DNA of 64,000 nt, taken from positions 448,001-512,000 of the forward strand of contig JAKFBS010000001.1 of NCBI GenBank assembly GCA_036677065.1. The letters run 5' to 3'. A model generated the notes under the pieces. That model searched no databases, was not told the DNA's origin, and was given only the letters and a program-made list of their open reading frames with translations. Below are positions 56,266 through 64,000 of this stretch, piece by piece (positions within the stretch are counted from its first letter, which is position 1; the number at the start of each line of letters is the position of its first letter). Source of the DNA: Bdellovibrio sp. (lineage in GTDB: Bacteria; Bdellovibrionota; Bdellovibrionia; Bdellovibrionales; Bdellovibrionaceae). The translations under genes were made by a program, and so were the position numbers.

Positions 56266-58116
56266 AGTAACTTCGGTGCCATGATTAACTTTGGAATCTA
56301 CGTGAATGGTTGCGCCATAAACAGCTAAAAAATCGCGAACAATCAGTAACCCACTACCAGTACCTATTTCGCCACTTGTTCCAACCTGGCTGACAATGGC
56401 ATCTTCATCAAATAAGCGATCCAAAACTTGGTGCGGAATACCCACACCTTCATCTTTAATCTTAAGTTCGACGGTCGAATGATTTACTGCCACTGCGGTA
56501 ATAATAATAGTTTTACCGTTATGAGAAAATTTACAAGCATTGCTTATAAGATTTGAAAGTACCTGATGATATAAGCTGGTTTTCTCTGCCAACACTAACA
56601 ATTTCTCTTCGGGAAAATTAATCTGCACAGTCAGTTGTTTCTTTTTGATGTCGGGCTGATACATTTCGATAACTTCGGCAATACATTTTTTTAGATCAAC
56701 AGGATTGATATTTAAAACTTGTTGGCCACGCACCAAAAAATTATTTTTGGCATTTTCAATAATTTCTGCTTGTTCTTGAGCGGCATATAAAATGCGATCT
56801 ATGTTTTTTTCTGCGCTTTCAGATTTCGGATTTTCTTTTAAAATTTGTGCGCTCGTTTTTACAAGCTGTGTGGTGTTGGATAAGTCGTGCGACAATGTGC
56901 GCAGTAAAGTTTTTACGACCTTACCTTCTTCGCCTTGAGCCTGAGCAAAACCGACCTTTAAAGTCAGCTTTTGTAATTTTTGAAAAATAACAATATTAAG
57001 AATCAGGCCTTCTAACGTTCGACCTAATATCGCGTAATAACCAAAAAGCCAAAAACCTTGAATATGGCCAGCACGGTAAGCAGCCCAGATTAAGTTACAA
57101 ACAATCGCTACGCCCCAGGCGATAGCGACTGATTCAGCCCACAGACGTTTTTGGGCGATAAAATAAATTAACGTCGCGCCGGTTAAAAACATTGATAATG
57201 AGATTGCTGGTAATAGTAATTTCCAAACAAAAATCTTTGTTTCGGGAAAAAAACTTAAGAACACTAATCCAACAATCGCTGTTAAAAATGCGGTATACAC
57301 TTTATTCAGTACAGGATGTCTTTTTGGAATTTCAAAGAAAACCCGCATAAAAAGCAAATCGAAAAACACGGTCATAATCAGAACTGGAAAAAGTAAAGTT
57401 GTACCGGTAAACAGAACAGTACCCGTGCGGTAAGTATCCCAAATACCTCTGTTAATTGTTATCGAAGCTAAAAGATTAAGGTAGAAAAGGCCGTAGATTA
57501 AAAAACTGGGTTCTTTTAATGAACTAAAAAAAATTAATGCCAAAAGTGCTACGACCAGATAAATGCCAGAGGATAATCCAATAAAATGCACTAAAAATAC
57601 AGTCACTTTATTGAAATAGGTTTTTTTCATGAAATAAAATTCATTATTGATGCCACTAGCTCCGGGAACTATCTGCAAATAATAAATACGGTTCTTGAAT
57701 TGGCTCTTATTGACGGGAAAAGCATACTGCCGTGTAGGTGTGTGGCAGCTTGCAGAATTTATTTCTACATCACAGATTCCCAAATTTTCGACACCCTTTT
57801 CGTGGCTAATATAACCTTGCATCGAAAGTGCCGTTTCATTTGAACCAGTAAAAAGAACCGCATCTTGATTCCAAGAATCTAACTTGTCAGGAATTAAAAT
57901 TTTTAACCAAATAGCGGTGGCTGTAGGAGGAATGGTTTTTTTACCCGATGGCGAAAAATTTTGTTGCGTGACACTTTCAATGGTGTGTTCACCCTTGATG
58001 TCTAAAAAGTATTGCACATCATCAATGCGAAAATAGCTGTCTGTAGAGATTTCTGCGAATAAAAAACTGCATACAGTAACAAGCAATGTCCAAAGCACCG
58101 GATAAAACCAGCGCAT
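56242..58116 (-). CDS. 7TM-DISM sensor histidine kinase
   Basis: Extracellular domain (WLKI, YYLQI), about 7 TM helices, LSHDLSN, NLISNACKF, DEGVG, GTGSGL. Confidence 0.88.
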   Translation of the reverse strand: MRWFYPVLWTLLVTVCSFLFAEISTDSYFRIDDVQYFLDIKGEHTIESVTQQNFSPSGKKTIPPTATAIWLKILIPDKLDSWNQDAVLFTGSNETALSMQGYISHEKGVENLGICDVEINSASCHTPTRQYAFPVNKSQFKNRIYYLQIVPGASGINNEFYFMKKTYFNKVTVFLVHFIGLSSGIYLVVALLALIFFSSLKEPSFLIYGLFYLNLLASITINRGIWDTYRTGTVLFTGTTLLFPVLIMTVFFDLLFMRVFFEIPKRHPVLNKVYTAFLTAIVGLVFLSFFPETKIFVWKLLLPAISLSMFLTGATLIYFIAQKRLWAESVAIAWGVAIVCNLIWAAYRAGHIQGFWLFGYYAILGRTLEGLILNIVIFQKLQKLTLKVGFAQAQGEEGKVVKTLLRTLSHDLSNTTQLVKTSAQILKENPKSESAEKNIDRILYAAQEQAEIIENAKNNFLVRGQQVLNINPVDLKKCIAEVIEMYQPDIKKKQLTVQINFPEEKLLVLAEKTSLYHQVLSNLISNACKFSHNGKTIIITAVAVNHSTVELKIKDEGVGIPHQVLDRLFDEDAIVSQVGTSGEIGTGSGLLIVRDFLAVYGATIHVDSKVNHGTEVTLRFKRFK

Positions 58117-58970
58117 TACTTATCCTCGTTCTGGCTGTTGATTCCGAAAGTTTGGCGCAGGATAGCCATGGAATCCATCGATTGTCGCATCTGTTTTTGG
58201 GTGATCTTTTTTTGTTGGTCACTAAGAACCTGCATTAATTCACGCAAGCGGTAAGTTGTTTTGCTTAAAAGTTCACTGGCATGTTGCGGTGATATTTTTT
58301 CATGGCGTAATAATTCTATTAATAAATCTAACGACTGCAGAGGTGTGTTAGTTAGGTCACGCAAGGCTAAGGCAACTTCAGCAAAATCGCGAAGATTTTT
58401 TTCTTTAGCTTGCGATTCAATAAGCGTGGCATGTAATTTTAAAGTGCCTAACCTATGGTGCAGTACTAAAAATGCAGCTAAGGCATAGCACATGGTGATC
58501 CAAGGCTCATACAGTCCTGGTACTTGCATGACTTCGCGTGAAAGCAAAAGCACTTGCATGGGTGGAATGAATAAACATAAACCTAATGAAAGGTAACCCA
58601 CAAAATGCGGAAAAGGTGCAAGCATCGCAATAACAACTGCGGCGATTTTGTAATTTTCAAAGTAAGTGATCTGCAAATTTTTTGCTGCACCGATATCAGC
58701 AGTTTCACTGCTTGGTAATAACGTGCAAATCATTATACACATCATCAGGATTGAAGAATATTTAACTGGCATGCGCGTATATTTATTTGAAATAAAAAAT
58801 GTCAGCGCAGCGACAGCTAAGCTAAAATACCATAATCCCGTCACTGGCAAACCAGCATTAATGCGAATGATCAGCGATAGTGGCAATATACATAATGCCA
58901 CTATGGCGTAAGTGCGCGTAGATCTTGAAGCTAATTGTTTATCATCAAGAGCAAATGGATTGTTCATCAT
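58116..58970 (-). CDS. Polytopic membrane protein ending in a His-less HisKA-like helix pair
   Basis: 5-6 TM helices, then ALRDLTNTPLQSL; no ATPase domain. Confidence 0.65.
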   Translation of the reverse strand: MMNNPFALDDKQLASRSTRTYAIVALCILPLSLIIRINAGLPVTGLWYFSLAVAALTFFISNKYTRMPVKYSSILMMCIMICTLLPSSETADIGAAKNLQITYFENYKIAAVVIAMLAPFPHFVGYLSLGLCLFIPPMQVLLLSREVMQVPGLYEPWITMCYALAAFLVLHHRLGTLKLHATLIESQAKEKNLRDFAEVALALRDLTNTPLQSLDLLIELLRHEKISPQHASELLSKTTYRLRELMQVLSDQQKKITQKQMRQSMDSMAILRQTFGINSQNEDK

Positions 58971-59332
58971 AGAGAGCCAATGATTTGTATTAAATCTTGC
59001 GCTGGAACGGGCTTAAGTAACACCTGGGTTTCATCAAAAATAAGAGCTTCGCGAGTTTCTTCTGAATCAACAGCATGTCCGGTCAGAAAATAAACTGGTT
59101 TATTATAACCTAAACTTCGCAGCCAGCGATAAGCCTGAACGCCAGAAGGTTGATGGATTCCAAGATTGATGTCTAAAAAAGCCATATCACTTTTAAGAAT
59201 GTTTTCTTCTTTTGAAAACATTTCATCAAAGCTTGAGGCCAAGATGACTTGACAGACACAGCTGGTTTCAGCAAAAGCCTTCATCACTTCAAGAAGTTCT
59301 TGGCTATCATCCAAAAAGAATATGGTCTTCAT
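58967..59332 (-). CDS. Single-domain response regulator
   Basis: FLDDS, FLDINLG, FLTGH, LLKP. Confidence 0.88.
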   Translation of the reverse strand: MKTIFFLDDSQELLEVMKAFAETSCVCQVILASSFDEMFSKEENILKSDMAFLDINLGIHQPSGVQAYRWLRSLGYNKPVYFLTGHAVDSEETREALIFDETQVLLKPVPAQDLIQIIGSL

Positions 59333-59516
59333 TGTGAGCCCCTTCGAAGCAGGCATTTAAGCAATGGAACAACGTGATTGCAAACTATTGCCATACATCT
59401 TTGAATTGGGTGCTATTTTTGGGACGCAAATTGCGAAATTTAACTAAATTTTAACAGGATTTTTACAGCTAATTCGTGACTTTGGCATTCTGCTTTAGAT
59501 AAGCTCAGAATTAATC

Positions 59517-60575
59517 ATGAAAACAAAGATAATTTTATTTATTTTCTCATTGTTCGCGGTTTCTGCGCTAGTAGCTAAAAGCCCGTCGCCGCTTCAGCAA
59601 ATGGAACAAATTGCTTTTGCTCCAAAAACTGAAACAGACTCGCTATTACTGTATGCAGACGGCGAACTTCTTTTCGAACGTTATGAAAATGGTTACACCG
59701 CAGATAATAAACATATCGCGTGGTCGACTTCGAAAAGTATTTCAAGCGCAATTATTGGCGCTTTGGTTTACCAAAAACATTTAGATATTCAAAAATCGAT
59801 CTGTGATTATGTGCCTGCGGCCAAAGAATTTAAGCACTGCGATCTGCGTGCAACTGATTTTTTAAGTTGGTCATCAGGTTTAACTTGGACTGAAGCTTAT
59901 GAAGATCCAAGTGGCGATCGTGAACAATCATCAGTGGCGCAACTTCTTTATGGTGATGCCATTGCTGATACCACTCAGTTTATGATTTCTCACCCTTCAA
60001 AAAATGCAGGTAAAAAAGAGTGGAACTATTCAACGGGTGATTCAACTTTTTTAATGAGCATTGCTAAAGCTGCTGTTCCTAAAGCAGAACAACAAACTTT
60101 TCCGTGGAAGTACTTATTTGATCCATTGGGAATAGACGTTACGTTTGGACAAGATCAATCCGGCACCTTTGGTGGGGGTTCTTCAATTTATATTCGTCCG
60201 CGTGATTTAGCAGTCATCGGGGATTTGTATTTAAAACGTGGTTTATGGAATGGCAAACGTATTTTTTCTGAAGCGTGGGTTGATTACACAAATTCACGTC
60301 CTGAAACTTTTGATTTGTTCAATTCTGAAGAATTCACATTTCATTCAAAACGCAGTTGGTGGACAATTAATCCAAAGATAGCGTCGGCAAAAAAAATTCC
60401 TGACAGCCTGATTGCAAATGGCCACTGGGGGCAATATTTAGTGATTATACCATCATTAAATATGGTGCTGGTGCGAATGGGAAATAACCAAGCTCTTGAT
60501 TCTGATTTTGACTTAATCGCAGTTATTGAAAAAGCCGTACGTGCTGTTGAACAACATCAAGGTGGTAAAAAATGA
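59517..60575 (+). CDS. Secreted serine hydrolase, class C beta-lactamase/AmpC-like fold
   Basis: WSTSKS (SxxK), WNYSTG, LFDPLG, RDLA..G.LYL..G.W, GHWGQ. Confidence 0.9.
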   Translation: MKTKIILFIFSLFAVSALVAKSPSPLQQMEQIAFAPKTETDSLLLYADGELLFERYENGYTADNKHIAWSTSKSISSAIIGALVYQKHLDIQKSICDYVPAAKEFKHCDLRATDFLSWSSGLTWTEAYEDPSGDREQSSVAQLLYGDAIADTTQFMISHPSKNAGKKEWNYSTGDSTFLMSIAKAAVPKAEQQTFPWKYLFDPLGIDVTFGQDQSGTFGGGSSIYIRPRDLAVIGDLYLKRGLWNGKRIFSEAWVDYTNSRPETFDLFNSEEFTFHSKRSWWTINPKIASAKKIPDSLIANGHWGQYLVIIPSLNMVLVRMGNNQALDSDFDLIAVIEKAVRAVEQHQGGKK

Positions 60576-60883
60576 AATTAGTTTTAATTATTATCACGAT
60601 GATATGTGCCGCTACAGTTAGTGCAGGAGTTCTTCCTTATAAAACCAAACTTCCATTTTTAGCGACCCGTTACCGCGCGTTTCACACTTGCAACTGCTTG
60701 TACGTGATGAAAATGAACCAGACCTACTGCGAGAATTTCAGTAAAGTTGATCCGCCGATTTTTACTCTAACAATTGATGCTGCCAACAAATCGGTGTCGT
60801 CGGGCATTTCGGGAATGGATTTTAAACCCGCTGTGGCAAAATTTGTGAATGATCGCACAGGTTGCCACATCATTAACGATTAA
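60572..60883 (+). CDS. Small secreted Cys-containing partner of the serine hydrolase
   Basis: ATGA overlap; signal peptide; YRAFHTCNCLYV......C ... GC. Confidence 0.75.
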   Translation: MKLVLIIITMICAATVSAGVLPYKTKLPFLATRYRAFHTCNCLYVMKMNQTYCENFSKVDPPIFTLTIDAANKSVSSGISGMDFKPAVAKFVNDRTGCHIIND

Positions 60884-60887
60884 TCGA

Positions 60888-60904
60888 TAGGCACCATTCT
60901 TGCG
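60888..60904 (+). promoter_or_regulatory. Putative sigma-54 promoter
   Basis: TAGGCACCATTCTTGCG, GGCAC-N5-TTGC. Confidence 0.7.
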
Positions 60905-60939
60905 AATACTTCTGCTGAACTAGTTCAGCAGGAGGACTT

Positions 60940-61539
60940 ATGCATCCCATCAGAGGAAAACGAATCGCTATTTTAGCAACAGATGGCGTCGAATTTTCAG
61001 AATTAACAAAACCCAAAGAATTTTTAGAAAACTACGAAGCTTTAACAGAAGTGATTTCATTAAAAGCGGGTTCTATTAAATCATGGAAAGATAAAAACTG
61101 GGGCGAAGATATTCCAGTCGATAACATCGTTACACAAGTCGATGCTGAAGACTATGATGCCTTGTTGTTGCCAGGTGGTGTAATGAATCCAGATATCTTA
61201 CGCATGAATGAAGCTGCGGTTCATTTTGTCAGTCAATTTGTAGATACCGGAAAACCAATCGGAGCCATTTGTCATGGTCCATGGGTATTGGTTGAAACTA
61301 ATATTCTGGAAGGCAGAGTCGTCACTTCATGGCCATCACTACAAACAGATTTATTAAATGCCGGAGCTAAATGGGTCGATCAAGAAGTTGTCTCTGATCA
61401 AGGTTTAGTGACCAGCCGAAAACCCGCAGATATTCCTGCCTTCTGTAAGAAATTTATGGAAGAAATTGCTGAAGGGCCGCATCGTCGCACCATTGGCGAA
61501 TTGTCACCAAAAGCTGAACACATACAGCGTAATCATTAA
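60940..61539 (+). CDS. PfpI/YhbO (DJ-1) family glyoxalase/deglycase
   Basis: IAILATDGVE..E, LPGGVMNPD.LR, AICHGPW, TSRKP.D; GGAGG RBS. Confidence 0.95.
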   Translation: MHPIRGKRIAILATDGVEFSELTKPKEFLENYEALTEVISLKAGSIKSWKDKNWGEDIPVDNIVTQVDAEDYDALLLPGGVMNPDILRMNEAAVHFVSQFVDTGKPIGAICHGPWVLVETNILEGRVVTSWPSLQTDLLNAGAKWVDQEVVSDQGLVTSRKPADIPAFCKKFMEEIAEGPHRRTIGELSPKAEHIQRNH

Positions 61540-63032
61540 CGATTGATTTGCATGATCATGATTCCAGGGCCTGACTCAGGAGCTGGAACAGAATATGAGG
61601 CCGGAGATAAATCAGTTAATGCTCCAGTACTTTTATTTACTGAAAAGGCACTGATAGACGGCGAATCTAATGTATTACAAGTGTAGGCGTAATTTCCCGT
61701 AGTATCGATGCGTATGTCATTCGGCCCGCCAGCAGTTGTAACTTGTGATACACGAGAAAGTCCGCCGGTTGATGGGTTGATTGAATAGACAATGACACGC
61801 TTTCCATCAGGATCGGTGCGAGAAAAAGCTGTACCATAAAGAAATAAACCATCCGCAGAGACTGTTGAAGCCGAACCACCGTCGTCGGGAATCGTCGGAG
61901 ATCCATTATCAATCGGAGCTTCGATGGGTGTAAGAGCTCCGGTAGTTTGATTAATTTGCCAACCGGCTATTTTGCCTTGAGCATATAAACCCATATATAA
62001 CCATTGGCCATTTGGATGTATTGAAATGCCATCGCCGCGATTATGTGTGATTCCACCACCGAGAGTGTTTCTAAATGGCGAACCTTCAACAACTGATAAT
62101 GATCCTGTAGATTGATCGACGGTGAATGCAACTACACCGCTGCTAACAGCATTTGAAGATCCCGCAGCTGCAAATAAAAAACGACCATCAGATGAGCCTA
62201 CTAAACCATTAATACGAGCCGCACCAGAAGTTGAAAAAGGACTGCCCGTTAATCGTGTTAATGAGCCATCGGTTCCAACGGCGTATCCCGAAACATCATT
62301 TCCATAATAGTTCGAAACATATAAGTAAGATCCGCTAGGATGGGCGAACAATCCGTTAGGGCCTTTTAATCCTGTTGAGTCAGAATTTACGACGGCTCCT
62401 GAAGTTAGACGGCCTGTTAGTGGGTTAATTGAGAAGGTTGAAATTGTGCTCGAGGCAAAATCGGCTGCATATAAATATTTATTAGTAATACTCATGGCAA
62501 CGCCGTAAGTTCCGTTACCGCCGGTCGTGAAAGGACTACCAGACACAGAAAGTAAGGCGCCAGTCGTCGGATGTTGCGCGTATCCATAAACCTGGCCGGG
62601 AGAATTTTGTACACCTAAATATAAAAAAGAAGCATAAGAAAATTGAACTGTTGTTGCTGAAACACCCGCACCGATTGTGCTGTATTGATTATCAATGTTT
62701 TTTACTGAAATATCATAGACACCATTTTGACCTGGGCCGACGTTGCAATCAATTGTTGTGAAATCATCTGATATTACGACATCTTCACATTCATAGCTGC
62801 CAATAAAAACACGGGCCTTTTTATAAAAATTGGTTCCGGTAATTTGAATCGGGCAGCCGCCAGAAATACTGCAGTAAAGATCGCCACCGCCATTGGCTAC
62901 GATGTCATCGATAGTTGCTTGTGGTAAATCGCCAGGAGCAAAACTTTCAACTTCTTGAATTTTACTGCAATTAGCAAGAGTGAGTATTGTTGCAAGCGAT
63001 ATGATTGAGATAAAAATTAATTTATTAAACAT
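61536..63032 (-). CDS. Lipoprotein with IPT/TIG-like domain and lactonase-type beta-propeller
   Basis: Lipobox LANC; ITGTNF...VFIG..EC; repeated HPxG..LY / TG.L..V.GSPF blades. Confidence 0.82.
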   Translation of the reverse strand: MFNKLIFISIISLATILTLANCSKIQEVESFAPGDLPQATIDDIVANGGGDLYCSISGGCPIQITGTNFYKKARVFIGSYECEDVVISDDFTTIDCNVGPGQNGVYDISVKNIDNQYSTIGAGVSATTVQFSYASFLYLGVQNSPGQVYGYAQHPTTGALLSVSGSPFTTGGNGTYGVAMSITNKYLYAADFASSTISTFSINPLTGRLTSGAVVNSDSTGLKGPNGLFAHPSGSYLYVSNYYGNDVSGYAVGTDGSLTRLTGSPFSTSGAARINGLVGSSDGRFLFAAAGSSNAVSSGVVAFTVDQSTGSLSVVEGSPFRNTLGGGITHNRGDGISIHPNGQWLYMGLYAQGKIAGWQINQTTGALTPIEAPIDNGSPTIPDDGGSASTVSADGLFLYGTAFSRTDPDGKRVIVYSINPSTGGLSRVSQVTTAGGPNDIRIDTTGNYAYTCNTLDSPSISAFSVNKSTGALTDLSPASYSVPAPESGPGIMIMQINR

Positions 63033-63622
63033 TAATTTCTCCCGCTTTTAAAATTGGATAACATTAATCCCACTGAAAATCTATTCATCGTAACATCGGC
63101 ATCAGAAAGACTTTCATTGTAAGTTGTCGCCGAATAATCCACGACTAAACCGATTTCTTTGCGCAATTGGGCGGTAACTTGAACGCCGTAAGCGAAATTA
63201 CTTTTGTAAGCAGAACTTTCGCCGTTGCCGGTGGTTTTGGTGAGTTTAAAGTCATTGCTTGGTTTTAAGATGATTCCGCCGCTGTATTTGCCGTTGAAGT
63301 ACTCGATACGAAGGCCTGCGTTAGTTTCTTTACCTGTTAGATTAGTAAAATTCACTTCAGAGGGGCTCGTAGTTTGATTCACGATAACGTATTCGTAATT
63401 TAAACCAAACCTAAGTTTTTTGTAGTTATAACCGAAAAAAGCAGCGATCGGAAAATACTGCATCGAGCGCTCTGGAGCTAAATTATTTAAATCGCCATTT
63501 CCCATTTGACCTGATCCGAACATCGCCATGATTCCGTACGAATAATTACCACTTCGCTGCGCGAGCGAAAGCGACGGCATAGCCAGAACTAGTATGAGTA
63601 AAATCCTTTTAAAACTGCACAC
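63032..63622 (-). CDS. Exported beta-strand-rich protein (putative outer-membrane beta-barrel), paralog of 33244-33873
   Basis: GTG start, signal peptide ending SLA; stop overlaps the next ATG (TAATG). Confidence 0.65.
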   Translation of the reverse strand: MCSFKRILLILVLAMPSLSLAQRSGNYSYGIMAMFGSGQMGNGDLNNLAPERSMQYFPIAAFFGYNYKKLRFGLNYEYVIVNQTTSPSEVNFTNLTGKETNAGLRIEYFNGKYSGGIILKPSNDFKLTKTTGNGESSAYKSNFAYGVQVTAQLRKEIGLVVDYSATTYNESLSDADVTMNRFSVGLMLSNFKSGRN

Positions 63623-63773
63623 CTAGTTATCAGTATAAATCTAAATTGGTTACATCACAAATTTGGTCTCTATTTGAGAACAAGCGCCCTGCACCAAAGG
63701 CTAGGTATAAAGATACCCGAACGTCTAAAGATGTACTTAAATAGTGGGGTAAAGATTTACAACAGGATGTTTA

Positions 63774-64000
63774 ATGAAAAAGATCAAAAGTTTTTTTGGT
63801 AATTTGTTCGCGCTTATCTTTGGAAATGTTAATTATACCAAACCAGTCTGGCTGCAAAAAATATTTGATCTAGCAAAAGTAAATCCACAAAAGACAAAAA
63901 AGTTTTTTATTACTTTGAGTGCGGTTGTTGTGACGATAGTCGGAGTCTTCTTATCTAAAAATTATTATGACAATTTACCTAAACCAAACGCAGTCTCGTC
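63774..64000 (+). CDS. N-terminal fragment of a membrane-anchored protein, possibly a bacterial alpha-2-macroglobulin
   Basis: Own translation: MKKIKSFFGNLFALIFGNVNYTKPVWL...TM...YYDNLPKP, open to the window end; AGGA RBS; family call rests on N-terminal resemblance only. Confidence 0.45.
   Translation, partial: MKKIKSFFGNLFALIFGNVNYTKPVWLQKIFDLAKVNPQKTKKFFITLSAVVVTIVGVFLSKNYYDNLPKPNAVS

Noticed and set aside
59379..59393. Sigma-54-like TGGCAATAGTTTGCA on the minus strand before the receiver gene
   Set aside because: GG-to-GC spacing is 9 rather than the required 10

Overview
AT-rich bacterial chromosome segment, most likely Bdellovibrionota (inferred from the MCP tip IVFQTKLLSFNASVEAARAG, a stand-alone mreB, FliA-type promoters and many secreted hypothetical proteins). 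The first 28 kb is mostly core: mreB, a sensor kinase, radC, lpoB, a phaR-like regulator, a TPR lipoprotein, prkA-yeaH-spoVR, tadA, rpsU-yqeY-dnaG-rpoD, an M48 plus 3x AIM24 block and a tRNA-CAU. The remaining 36 kb is a patchwork of stress genes, RNA-modification enzymes, secreted proteins, a full chemotaxis cluster and two-component genes. No transposase, integrase, CRISPR array or rRNA was seen. The best candidate for an undescribed system is a four-gene overlapping operon (40276-44243) with a divergent LysR regulator. It encodes a cytochrome P450, a non-canonical class I terpene-synthase-fold protein, an epoxidase-like flavoprotein and a metaxin/IsoI-type glutathione S-transferase, suggesting a terpenoid epoxide/glutathione-conjugate pathway. 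Other notable signals are six sigma-54 (-24/-12) motifs in front of stress-type and small unknown genes, a possible membrane-tethered ECF sigma/anti-sigma fusion behind mreB, several apparently leaderless genes, a His-less kinase-like membrane protein and a CheR-receiver fusion. All family calls are by-eye motif recognition; no database searches were run.
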